64,000 nt of DNA from Eukaryota sp. GEM-RC1 (GCA_040285855.1 JAUFOQ010000002.1:2356001-2420000); one strand, 5' to 3'; shown: positions 37,755 to 51,326, counted from the stretch's first letter. Made by a program: numbers and translations. The notes: generated from the sequence alone by a model not told the origin.

Positions 37755-39022
37755 ATGGCATCCGAACAAGCTAAACAAGAAATCCTCGCTTTGATCGAAG
37801 AACTCAAAACAGTGAAACACGAGCTTTATCAAGGTGACTATCTTCGTACTTGGGATCTTTCCGATGACACTATCAGAGCAGTCGTCCTTACTTCCCAAAT
37901 TTTGAAGAAGATGTGGGACAACAACATTTCAGCCAATGTCTTCACCTCTGGACTTGCTGTATCTCAATTCCGTGACAACAGTACCAGAACCAGATTTTCT
38001 TTTGCTTCTGCTGCTTCTCTCTTAGGGCTCAATGTACAAGATCTTGACGAGGAGAAGTCTCAAATTTCTCATGGAGAAACTGTCCGAGAAGTATGTGTCC
38101 TTATTCATGCTCACACCAGACTGCCAACATGATCTCTTTCTTGACTGAAGTGATCGGTATCAGAGACGACAAGTTCCTTGGTGCTGGACACACCTACCAA
38201 GTTGAAGTTGCCAAGGCTCTCGATGCCGGTGTTAAGGAAGGAGTCCTTCCCCAACGACCATGTATTGTTAACTTGCAATGTGATGAAGATCATCCCACCC
38301 AATCAATGTCCGATTTACTTCACTTAGTTGATCACTTTGGTGGTGTTGAGAACCTCAAGGGAAAGAAACTTGCTTTCACCTGGGCCTATTCTCCTTCGTA
38401 TGCATATTTCTCATGAATTCACCTCAGCTATGGCAAACCCTTGTCTGTCCCTCAAGGTGTTATTGGTCTTATGTCTAGATTTGGAATGGATATCCATCTA
38501 GCACATCCCGAAGGTTATGATCTCATTCCTGAAATCGTTGACTTAACCAAGGAACAATGTGAAAAGTCTGGAGGTAAGTTCACCCACGGAAATAGCATGG
38601 AAGAAGCTTTCAAGGATGCCGACATCATCTACCCCAAGTCATGGTGCCCCTTCCACATTATGGGAGAAAGAACCAAGTGTCTCAGAGCTGGTGATAAGGA
38701 TGGTCTCAACAAGCTAGAACAACAAGCCTTGAACCAGAACAAGAATCACATGGACTGGACCGTCACTGAAGATATGGTCAAGCTCACCAAGAACGCCGAC
38801 CCATTGTATCTACATTGTTTACCTGCAGATCTTTCCGGTGTTTCTTGTGAACACGGTGAAATTGATGGTGAAATCTTTGAACGTTTCCGTGTTGATACCT
38901 ACAAGGAAGCTTCTCACAAGCCTCATGTTATCTCATCTGCTGTTCTTCTTTCCAGATTCGAGGAAGCACCCAGAATCTTGAAGGAGTTAGTTGAAGAAAA
39001 CAAACCTCATAGAAGAGTTTAA
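37755..39022 (+). CDS. ygeW: YgeW-family (knotted) carbamoyltransferase, bacterial type; introns 38091-38119 and 38398-38427; 402 aa
   Basis: Diagnostic motifs [18 protein letters not shown]^[31 protein letters not shown]^[27 protein letters not shown] and TYKEAS. Both introns interrupt conserved motifs and restore them exactly. Confidence 0.96.
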
Positions 39023-39652
39023 GTTAGTTATTTGGTCTGATAAATTGGTGTGATGTTGAGCTGTTTTTATTACTTTACAGTATATCTCACGTGATGGTGA
39101 CTATATGTAGATAGTGGCTGGCATAATTCATGTGGCTTTTAAAGAAATCGAATTGCAAAGTACACCGTAGTTTCAATTTTTTATGTAGTCTCACTATCTC
39201 TAATTCTGATGTGGCACTGGCGAAAATTAACCGCTTGGAATTAGTCTATGTGAGACTTTTTCCAAGAATGGTAACTGTATACAATTTCTTGATAATTGAT
39301 TTGATAATCTTAGGCATTGATTGGAACAGAGAAAAAAGCAAATGGTTATTCCAAATTGATAAGTTTAATCTCTCATTCTGAGACTTACACAAAGATCCAA
39401 AATCAGTTAAAAAATGAGAAGACATTTCATCAATACTACCAAAAAAAATAGAATTAGCAAATGGATCAAGTAGTTACATCTTTGAAATACAAATCAGTTT
39501 TGCGTTTTTCAGTTACGTACTAGTATTATCCCAGTCTTTTATTCTGGGAAGTATATTACCATATATTCTCCGATATCCCTGAGCGGAGTAGCAATGATAC
39601 ATTAGGTTTATCCTTTACATGTAGGAAAGATAGAAAGAACATTTGATCTAAA

Positions 39653-40857
39653 ATGTCTCTTAACCTCAAAGATATCCAGCATGAAATCTCTCAACTAGTT
39701 AAGACCAGTGATATCACTAAACTGACTCTCAAGTCAATCAAGCAACACCTACGTCTTCGCTTTGGTGAACAAGTTGATGCTTTCAAAGTTCAAATCAAAG
39801 CTCTAGTCATTGAAGCTTGCAAAACCTCCATACCACCTCCACCCTCCATTCAAAACCCTCGCCATCAATTCCACAACACTCCTTTCTCTCCTAAATCTAC
39901 TCCTGAAAAGAGAAGAAACATTGCTTCTACTAGAAAAGCTCTCCTAGAGATCAGACCACTTATTCTTTCTCTAATGTGTTTCTCTGAGCACAAAGTCCTG
40001 GCTCTTCTTCTTCTAGACAAACAGTCCAATGGCTGCTTCTGGCCCTCCTCCAATACTCTCATCTCTTCGGAATCTCTCTCTGAACCTAACTCCTTGGATT
40101 ATGACTCTTTCTCCGACGACCCTGATGAAGATATTCCTCCAATCAAACAAACGGATACAATGGAATTGTCAAGACTTTTAGAAAGAGATGACGATGATAG
40201 TTATCGGTCTGAAGAGTTGAGAGGAGTTTTATTGAAATTGATTAAGTCAAAATTAAGTAAATTTAAAATTAACGAATATTTGCAAGGTATAGACCCTACT
40301 GGGCATCTACGTCGTCAATATTTACATAATTTATTAGAAGTTTTAATTGATCCTATTTTATCTTTCGCAATCACACTCATTAATCAGTTTCTGACACTTT
40401 CCTCTTTGGATGCCAGTCAATCACAATCAGCCGATGAATTACTAACCCAGTCAGAAACTTCAACTTCTTTCCATTTACGGGGTGACTTTGCTACCGTTTT
40501 GAATTCTCTCATGGTTTTATCTCATTTCTCGGTGCCATCGTGTCCTTTTACTTCTGCTGCTGATGTCCTGAAGAACTGTAGACCGCCAGTAGTGCACGAT
40601 GATGAGCAGCAAAGCTGTGAAACGTTCTTTTTTCTGAGAGGGAAGGTGTTGACGTCTGGGGAGTTAATATACGTGAGCTCTATATGTCATCATTATCGAG
40701 GCTGAATGTGATTATGGGTAAATTGAAGAATTTTTCGTCTGTTTTTGATAATGATTTGTTAGATGACGTTTTTGATGTCGATGATTGTGTGGGTGATTGT
40801 CCAATGTCTTTAAGATTGGCAAGAGTTCACAAAATCGTCAATCACAGATCATCATGA
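39653..40857 (+). CDS. Protein with N-terminal DEK-C-like domain; probable frameshift in a T run at ~40630
   Basis: ISQLVKTSDITKLTLKSIKQHLRLRFG...KVQIKALV matches the DEK-C pattern; the alternative frame after the T run stays open to 40857. Confidence 0.6.
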
Positions 40858-41614
40858 GTGTATTTTTTCTGGGACTTTGCCTTCCTAAATTGAGGTTTTG
40901 TGTTAGAAAATGACATTTGATGTTTGTTTCTAAAACAAATGTTCTTTTTTGTGTTGAACTAGTCCGCCAACAAATGACTTTTCCAATCAAACTGTGATTG
41001 TATACGCCACTATTGATTGATTTAATCAAATTATCCCTACTTCTAGAGAATTATTCTATGTACATAGTATTTCTAGTGAACTGATTTTGATTGATTTTCA
41101 AGAGAATATTACACAGCGATCTTTTTTCATTTCTTTTTCTGCTATTGGACACTTGTCTTCTTTATTAATTTAGAAATTAATTACAAGAGTGGTTCAAATC
41201 CAGTCTAGGTGTTTCGAATTCTATAATCAAAAGAAAATAGTCTGAAAAACTATTAAATATTATTAAATAATTATTTTTCCGTGATGTCTTTTTAGTTTAA
41301 TGTTTATACATGATAACGGCAAAAACAAATACACCCCGATTACTTCTTTGGAAACAATAGAGATCAGAGTTTCCCAATCAAATTGCTGTAGTTTTTGGAC
41401 TAATTTAATTGACTTCAATTTCCACAATTTTGTTTCAAATTTGGCAAAAGGAAGACAGATCATTCTGGAAGAGTAGATTCGCTTTTGAACTCAACGAATG
41501 TTCTTATCGATAGCTTTTGTTGTATAAATTTACTTGTGTAGTAAACTCACGTTCAACTTAATTATAATACAAACAAGGTATGTTCTAAGTCACTACATTG
41601 GAAGTTACTCAACT

Positions 41615-42964
41615 TTATTCAACGATTTCAAGCACATGATTAACATAATACAAACAAGCAAATGGATAATAATTACCACTACTTAGTCTGGGTAGAGTTC
41701 CAGTAAGATAAGTAGATGAATTGCCCACAGATTTGACTGTTAAAGTGAAATCAATGAGATTTGCATTAATTTCCAGTAATTCTCCAGGTTTCCACTGAAT
41801 TTTAAATCCTGAGAGACACCCAAATCCTTTATCTTCACAACTAAAGCAACAATGAGCAGATTCATAACAATCACCGTCAATATTGAACTCCGCCTCATCA
41901 ATTACACCAATACAGAGGTCACTGTGGCAACCTTGGTACCACATCTTCCAAGTATAATCATTACCTGGAAGAAGAGGATTTTCTCCCAAGATATAACGAT
42001 ATTTTGGGTCGCCAGAAGCAAGAACAACTCTTTTATTGTCATTGCTAACTGACAATTGAGAGTGTTTCTTAGTTTGTGAGAAACTAATGACTTTTGATTG
42101 AACTTGTGTAGCAATTTGTCTTAATTTTTCTATTTCACATTTTAAATTATCAATATCTGATACTAATTCAGAATTTCCCTTCGACAATGAGTCAATACAC
42201 CGATCTTTAACTTTGGAAAATGAAAACTTGATCAGATCAGCTTCCAATTCTGTTAAATGTTTTAAAGGAATAAACAAAAACTCATTCCATTGTTGTAAAG
42301 AGAGGACTTCAACTGAACAAGAATTTAAAATATTTAAAAATTGATCCAAATCGAAATTTCCTTTGAGAATTGAGTTCACCATTGATTTAACAAACCATGA
42401 CAGTGATTGAGCGGAAGTGCAATACTGGGAAAGTACTTTAAATCCTTCAGTAGTGATTGCCATCACGTCATCAATCAGAAGGTCGTCAATCTTGGAAAAG
42501 AAGGGACCAACGAAGTCCAGAGCTCTCAAGTCATTTCCTTCATCTGCTTCTTTAATGAATGGTTTTAACCAAGCCCAGGTTACTAGATGAGTGTTTAGGT
42601 GGTTTTCAAACTGGTCAATGAGTTTATCTACTTGGAAGTAGTGGAGTAGATAGTAAAGATGGTAAACATTGCTCTCGTTAAGAGTAAATGACTTTCCATA
42701 GAACGATCTAATGAAAGAAAAGAAAGTGTCCGAAGTAACGGGAAGATGAGAGAAGTCAATGGGGTTCTCATTTTTATCTCCAAACTCCAAGAACCAGAGA
42801 GATCGGAAGTATGAAGAACAAGCCGCAAGAACAGATTTGTTTACTTCCATGGACTCTTCACCAAATGAAATGGTTTGATTAGAGAAGGAGGATTCATTGA
42901 GAATGATACTGAGAGTTTCAGCCGGGACAAGAGTTGTCAGTTTAGATACTGAGAGTTTCAGCAC
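41615..42964 (-). CDS. BTB/POZ plus SPRY/B30.2-like domain protein; start codon uncertain
   Basis: BTB: VNKSVLAACSSYFRSLW...YFQVDKL. Coiled-coil linker, then SPRY-like LSVSNDNKRV...YTWKMWY...CIGV...YYPFACL. Confidence 0.82.
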   Translation of the reverse strand: MLKLSVSKLTTLVPAETLSIILNESSFSNQTISFGEESMEVNKSVLAACSSYFRSLWFLEFGDKNENPIDFSHLPVTSDTFFSFIRSFYGKSFTLNESNVYHLYYLLHYFQVDKLIDQFENHLNTHLVTWAWLKPFIKEADEGNDLRALDFVGPFFSKIDDLLIDDVMAITTEGFKVLSQYCTSAQSLSWFVKSMVNSILKGNFDLDQFLNILNSCSVEVLSLQQWNEFLFIPLKHLTELEADLIKFSFSKVKDRCIDSLSKGNSELVSDIDNLKCEIEKLRQIATQVQSKVISFSQTKKHSQLSVSNDNKRVVLASGDPKYRYILGENPLLPGNDYTWKMWYQGCHSDLCIGVIDEAEFNIDGDCYESAHCCFSCEDKGFGCLSGFKIQWKPGELLEINANLIDFTLTVKSVGNSSTYLTGTLPRLSSGNYYPFACLYYVNHVLEIVE

Positions 42965-43289
42965 CTAAACTTGACTGATGAGTAATGAGTCTGACTTGAG
43001 CTGACTGATTCAAAACTCAGTGAGTCACCTTGACTCACAATTACAATCCTAGATGTTGTTGACTGATGTGAACATTTGTGTCACTCTCACTTGACACAAA
43101 TTTTCAACATAAGAATAGGTGAACTATATCTTGAAAAACTCTGTTAGTGCTCACTTTGAGAACAACGATATTTGATTGACAAATCTAGGTTAACTCAGAT
43201 TCCTGATTGTCTACACCAAAGGTCATACTTCAATGTAGTATAGTTCCAAACTGGAAAGATTTACTTGTTTGGTATTATCACCATACATA

Positions 43290-44902
43290 TCGTCGAGGTC
43301 CCAATACAAGCAACCTTAAAAACTACCCATTACTATGCTTGTATTGGAACCTTGCTTGTATTAGGGTCCTTTAAAACTTACTTTTTACTGAACAACTATT
43401 GATCACGATAAGTGGATTAACATTGAAGTTGAAACCACTTTCTGTCATACTTGTAAAATCCAAAAATCTGTATTTTACGTATTTTACATATTTTATGTAC
43501 TGTATTTTTCAAAGAGTGTGATTTAAAATACAAACTGTATTTTACGTATTTTACATATTTTATGTACTGTATTTTTCAAAAGTGTGATTTAAAATACAAA
43601 CTGTATTTTACTGTATTTTTCCAATATGCTGAACAAGTGCTGTCCGCTCATTTTTGTACACTATAATGATATCAAGTATTAGTTTTAGATGCAGTCATTC
43701 TTTGGTTCAGATCTTCCAGACCATTTGGTTAAGATTTACTTGCATTTGCCAAACTCAATCTGTGAAAATGAACAAATTTTGTTCATCAACCTCTCTGTGA
43801 TGTACTAGTAGTCTCTTCCTCAATTCATCCTAACAATCCAAGAAGTAACTCCTGGAACATAAGAAAGAGGACGTGGGCCATGACGCAGATGCTGGAATCA
43901 GTGAATTAGTGGAGATCAACCTTGCATTATTGCTGGACATCGTTGTTACCACCTGCAGGAAATGGAATCGAATACAATCTTATACTGCACCGTTATCGTT
44001 GTTTACTCGTTGAAGAAGATTAGCAGACTGTTATGTTTGTATTTTTCTTTGTATTTTAGCGTATTCTATGTATTTTTCAAATGAAAACTCGTGTATTTTA
44101 CAAGTATGCTTTCTGTCATTCAATCCTAGTCCATCTTGATCGTCTAATTCTAAACAAAAGGTGAACAAAAGTGTGTCTCCGTCGTCAATTTCTTGATCAT
44201 TCAAGTGTCTTTATAAAAAGCATCTGTTATTGTGCTGCCAATTGAGATTATTTCCATCATTTCTTTGAACTCTAATAAATCTTCGGCAACAAACTGGTCC
44301 CTCAGGAATTCTTCTTACTTTTGCAATTATTCATCATAGTCAACTCTCTAATAATACACATGAATCTAGTTAATATATTTTGGAAACAAAGACTCTTGGA
44401 AACCATGAAAGAGATTTGATTTCTGAGGATGTCATGTACACGATTTATTTGTAAAGTAATTGTTTCTCAACAACGACTGTATTCGACAAAATACGAAATA
44501 TACTGGTGTAACAAATTGAGTCAAGAGCACTAAACAACAAAGAGTAACAGAGTTCGTTCAACAATAGTTTTATAGACGAACATGTTCTAATATTTTGGTC
44601 ACGTGTTTGTTAATAGATACATGTACAATGTACAACAAGTTATTTGACACAAAGTGACATATCTAATTAACGCGAACGAATTGTGTAAAATTATAAGAGT
44701 TTAATGTAGTACCAGTACTTGTACCGGTAGGTGAAATCAATAAAAGCTTCCAATGTAGCCCATTGATGTTGTATATAAATGTTCTGAGCTTTTGAAGAAA
44801 CATTAGAGTTTATTAAGCGAAACAATACAAGCATACCCTCTACTATGCTTGTATTAGTACATTGTTTGTATTGGAACCTTGCTTGTATTAGGACCTCGAC
44901 GA
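43290..44902. mobile_element. TA-flanked Tc1/mariner(pogo)-like non-autonomous element
   Basis: TIR TCGTCGAGGTCC(C/T)AATACAAGCAA with TA on both sides; repeated TGCTTGTATT/AATACAAGCA subterminal sites. Confidence 0.85.
43446..44108. mobile_element. hAT-type MITE (663 bp) nested in the TA-flanked element
   Basis: 14-bp TIR CATACTTGTAAAAT; perfect TSD CTTTCTGT; ~65-bp tandem duplication at 43468-43610. A weak hAT-like peptide LVKIYLHLPNSICENEQI lies at ~43725. Confidence 0.9.
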
Positions 44903-44978
44903 TATATACATGTATATCGCCTTCTTAATCTGTTACATTTTTGAAATAGTGAAAAATAAATTTATTGAATGTGCAAAC

Positions 44979-46123
<1,145 letters not shown>

Positions 46124-46561
46124 GTTATCTAATGTTTTGAAGAACTTAAGATTTAAATTGTGAAATCTTCTTTCCAGATCATCATTAGTAGACATCTTTC
46201 TTGTTAGGAAATCTTGGACTAAACACACCCTTTAAATTGAACTCAGCTCTCGACAAGATATTTCTTGTCATGGTGTTATTGATCTTAATGTAATTGTGGA
46301 CGTAATATTGGCATGAGTACCTTTGATCACCATTACAGAAAGATAAGTACCACTAGAATGTCTAAAAGCAACATTGACCAATTCGGAGGCATTGACCTTT
46401 GATTGGTCGTCACTCCTTTAGTGATTATTGTCTTTACTCTGACATGTAGACTGTGTTTCGTCTATTTAGTTTATTTTTGAAGACTGTAAGTAAAAGACTG
46501 CTGCCAAATTCATGTACTGATTTACCAAACAGTTCTAGTTGTATTATATCAACGTTTTTAT

Positions 46562-49500
46562 TTATGTCTTTAAAGACAACAAACGAAACACTTCTACCGG
46601 TTTCAACTTAACTTTTGCTGTTGTGTATAATCGATTCAATGCACTGTCGACAATATCTTTTGATTCCTGCAAATGACGACAATAAAAATTAGTATTAATA
46701 ACGTTCAAATTACACTGTTTGTCAACTGCTTCGAGCAGTAGAAGAGCATCAGCTTCACCGTTCTCAATTGCTTGTTTAAGATGACGAATGGCATTGACAA
46801 CACTGAGACTAAGCAGCCCACTGCATTGCAAAGCCTGAATGAAGTGCTTGTTATTATGACGCTGTTCAGTTGATCGAGTCTGTGGTCTACATTTGATGAC
46901 TTGATCACGTGGCCTAAAAGAGAGTGGCTTCTGAATGTGTGTGATTGCTGATGGTTCTTGACTAACTCCACAAGTTCTAATGACAGAAGCAAGAGTATCA
47001 ATCCAATACTGAACTAGTTTACCATGAGTTTGGTTAATGAATTCTAGTGGTAATTCATCAAACAAGAACTTAGCTAGAGATATACGAGGCTTATCTGAAA
47101 TACCTTTAGCGTAACAGAAAGATGTACAACATGTGATGCAGTCCCGGTCAGAAGTAGTAAGAGTCTGACTTTGATTAAGCAAGAGTAGACTTTGAAGAGG
47201 ATTTGCTGAGGTGAAGGCATTGGACAATAAGACAAAGAGATTCTTACTCGAAACACTCTGCAAGTGAAAAAGAGAGACGAATTCTAACCATTCTTTCTCT
47301 AGAATGGTCAAAGAATTTTTAAATTTGTCCCATAATGACTGAAAATGATAGTCGAGTTGATTGATAAGCTTTTTTAGTCCAAAACGCCAACTCTGAATGT
47401 TCCTATTTACTTCGTTGGGAAGAAGTCTCACAAAGTCAAAAGTAATCACTTTTGATTGAGATTGAAGTGACCGTGATTTCTCCAAAAGCTCTGACTTACA
47501 CTTCCACCAATCTGTAAGTTCCTTAGTCACTTCCTCTTTCCAGAAAGAGGCAATGACATTAGACTCTTGTTCTAAAGGTGACAACAACTGATAGTACTTG
47601 CCAGCTTCTAAGTAGTCTTGTGAAGTTCCTAATCCTTTGAGACAGCAAAAGGCTAAAAGACTGTGAAGAATTTCCTTTGTTTGATGAGATTGAACTGACC
47701 AAAGACGGTGAGTTAGATTCAATAAAGATTGCATGCCATCAACCAAAACATCAAAGAGGGAAGTGCCATTAACAGGAGAAAGTATAACTGTCTTTAAAGA
47801 ATCTACCATGTTTTTAGCATTGTCTAATTCTTGATGAATCTTGTTTAGTTCATGGATGTCTTGGTGCTTCTGTAACAAATTTCTATGTCGAAACTTAAGT
47901 TGAATAATGTTATAGTTGGATCGAATCTCATTCCAATGGCAATCTGGCAGATAATTAACCAAGGTAGAAGGAATTGAAACAAGAGCAGATTCAAAAGAAG
48001 ATGAAGATTGTTTGAAAGAACTACACAGATAAGATGTTTTCTGACACGTGTACATGGTAACTTCATTAATCCAAAAAGAGATCAATTCATTATCTTGATT
48101 AGGAAAGTGATTAATCAATGACACGTCATCAAGAGCTCTATAGACATTTTCAATTGATGGAGAACTGGCCAAATTGTGAGCATAGCAAAAAGCAGTAAAT
48201 AATTTAAGAACTGATTGGTGATGATTATTTGAATTACACTCATTGTTCAAAGTGACTAGATTAAAAACTGAAGATTTGAGGAAGCTCAAAAGATCTTCAA
48301 ATTTACTGGTAACTAACTTAATAGAAGACAAAAAGTCCAAATGACGTTGAATTCCTTCCCAAATACCTTGACATTCTGATAGAAGAGCATTAGAGGGTTC
48401 AGAATCAAGATTCTGGGAATCAATCAAGGCCAACTTGTCTGCAACTATCTTGATCTCTTCTTTAATCTTATTGGGGAGAAGAGGAACAATGGTAGAACTC
48501 AAAGTAACTCCATCAATAAGAGCTCGATAGGTAGTTGATAGATCTTCTTTCTTAGAAGAAAACCATGAGTGAACTTCCTTGTACCAATAAATTGACATCA
48601 CATTCTTTTCATTTTCAATTCCTTCAATTTTGTTGTAATAACTAGTAGCCTTTCCTTCATTCTTCTCACATCCAATTCCCTTCAAATAACAATAGCTTAG
48701 ACAGGCTCTGTAAATATTTAAATTTGAACTACTTGACCATAACAAATCATCAACAGTTAGAAAAGAATTAGAAAAGAAAGTTAGAACCCGTGTTTCTTTC
48801 AAGGCAGTAATACAATGACTAAACAAATCTCCTTGAAGTTCGTCCAATAGAATCTCGATCATTAATGAATTATTTTGATCCAGCAAAGTTTCACAAGATT
48901 CGATTTTGGTTAATCTTAAATTCAAAACTTCTCGAGGTAACAACTCCTTAACTTCTAGTGGAAGTGAATCGAGCTCTATTTTGTACTTCAAAAGATTCGA
49001 ATTAGGAAGGTTTTGAGTACAATCTAAAACTTGAGTAGTTTCCAGTGATTGATCCTTTGAGATCGTATCTTGACTGTTACAACGTGATACTTTCCTAAAA
49101 GAGTCACTGGTAGTGACAGGACTAAAGACTCTGGTTATACTGGAAGTTCCATTTTTAGGTTGTTGTTTAGTTACTGTACGAGATAAATTTGGAGATTCCA
49201 GTCCTTGATTAATCAAGTTTTTAGAATTAGAAAGTGATTGTTTAATAGAGATCACTGATTCTTCTTGTTTAGGCAATAACTGTACACCCGAAGAATTCTT
49301 TTGTTTCTCCAAATTCTTTACGTTCAACTTCTTAGCAAAGTCAGTCAGAGAGTTCATCTTCTTTCCACAAGCAAGTGAAATGCATCCACCAAGGGCAATT
49401 TCTTCAAAAGCATTTAATGTTCGTTCAAACTGATTGCTTTGAAGATGGCCAAAATGAGACTTGATTGTGGTCTCAATTACAGGTACATAGGAAAAACCAC

Positions 49501-50427
49501 CAAGTAGAACAACTTTACTCAACTTTAATGAGTTTTTTACAAGGAATTGGTAAACTTTAGTCAACAGATTACCAAGTTGCATTAAATGTCCCTCAAGTCT
49601 AGCTTCAAAATCTCTTCTATTAACATCAATTTCAAAGTCATCTCCATCAATAAATGAACCAATTTCGAGCTCAACTTCAGGACAAGAAGACAGATTAACT
49701 CTAGTTTTTTTGATTTCTTGGTACAGCCTAAACATTGCCTTCTTGTTTTTAGTTACATCTTGGTCGAAAAGTTGGTTCGTTTTACCCACGCAAAGTTGTA
49801 ACAACTCATGATCAAGAAGTTGTCCTCGAAACGAAGTAGAAGACTTTGACAGAAGAATTTTTGCAGATTCATTGTTCATTTGAACTACTCCAATGTCTGT
49901 ACACATATAGCCAATGTCAAGAAATAGAACTACTTCAAGCTGGGTAGTCAATCGTGAGTTCATTTTGTAGAGGTAGCTCCAAGATAAGCAATAGAGGGGA
50001 TCTGTTCTGACAAGAGGTTGAGGAAAAAGATTCACAAACAGAGTACTAGTGGATTCAAGACATTTAGGTAAAGAAATGAAGACACTTCTTGGAGGTGATC
50101 CATTTTCAGACGAAAGATAGTCTAATAGTTGGTCAATGAAAGACTTTGATTGGATGGAGATATCAAAGTCTGCCTCGCTTACATCAGGAACAAAGGGAAA
50201 GAAGCAATCATCTGGAGTGGCAAGTAACAGTGGCAAATTCCAACATGAACCAGGTAAATTAAACTCCAACTGTTCGTCAGCAGAAGATCCAAAGAGACTA
50301 AGACGAGGAATTACTGCAAAGGGAAGAAACGGGAGTCATCATCTGACAGTGCTATACTGAAACTGTTCTCGAAAACAGCACCAACAATCCATTTTGAAGA
50401 ACCTACATCGATAACTAGATCGTACAT
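46562..50427 (-). CDS. Divergent Hsp70-like nucleotide-binding domain fused to a long helical region with isolated Sel1-like motifs; frameshift at ~50328
   Basis: Reconstructed start MYDLVIDVGSSKW...DDDSRFLP. Also VLFLDIGYMCTD, FRGQLLDHEL, KKAMFRLYQEIKKTRVNLS, DGDDFEIDVNRRDFE, VVLLGGFSYVP and EEIALG. Confidence 0.8.
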
Positions 50428-51326
50428 GGAATGACTGTAGAGAAGTTGTCACAGGTGGTCATCGTTGTTTGATTCTTGTCAATCTCGTGTTGATTGATTA
50501 ACATCTTCGACATGACGATGACCTTTATTCAATTCACTAAGACATAAGAAAGAATGTCAAGTAGGCTCTACAGCTGTAGCAATCATGAATGATTTAGTCA
50601 TGTAATGACATGTTTTGTTACAAGATACGCTGGTTGTCTAAATGGTATTTGGTTATCAATAAGTCCATTTGACCAGTAGTTCACATAATGATTATCTATG
50701 ACTGTGATTGTGGGAATGCTCAGTGAATATCTGAAGTAAAACGAGCACCGTTATGAGTCTCAACTTATGACCCAATAAAGCAAGTAAGACTTACTACTGT
50801 AGTATTAGAGTAAAAACAATGGACTGTCAACTAATTATGTACATGACAGAGTTATGTACATACTGTAATACAACAGTATAGCTCTCTAACTTTTGGAAAA
50901 CGAGAACATGATCCGTCAATAAGTTTTGAATCGTTTCAAAATCTAACGACGATTATGTAATACGGTGTTGCGATATTCCAGCCACCGGAATTGTTCTTTT
51001 GAACAGGAATAGCCGACATAGATAACGACTGATTTTAGATAAATAGCACAAGGAACACCAAGAATTCAAATTAAACTGGTAAGTCTTTAGATCGTTACGC
51101 CACGAAATAATCTCAATAAAAAGGATCACACGTTCTTTGATTGTTGCTTACAAATATATTGGAGTAAACAGCGAATCCAGATGTGCAGTAATGTAATACT
51201 CATTTCTCTCTTACAATACTGTCTTGCAGTAATAGTACAAGTTCAATTGTTGTCTAAAAGTTTCTGTTTTCTGACGTCTACATTGTAGTAATTTGAAGTA
51301 AAAAGTGAATTTGTCCGCCTAATCCC

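Noticed and set aside
37755..39022. Bacterial contamination, or an ordinary ornithine carbamoyltransferase
   Set aside because: Two host-type spliceosomal introns and eukaryotic neighbours argue against contamination; the motifs are YgeW-specific rather than OTC (no SMG motif).
43468..43615. CRISPR-like repeat array
   Set aside because: It is a contiguous ~65-bp tandem duplication without unique spacers, inside a MITE in a eukaryotic genome.
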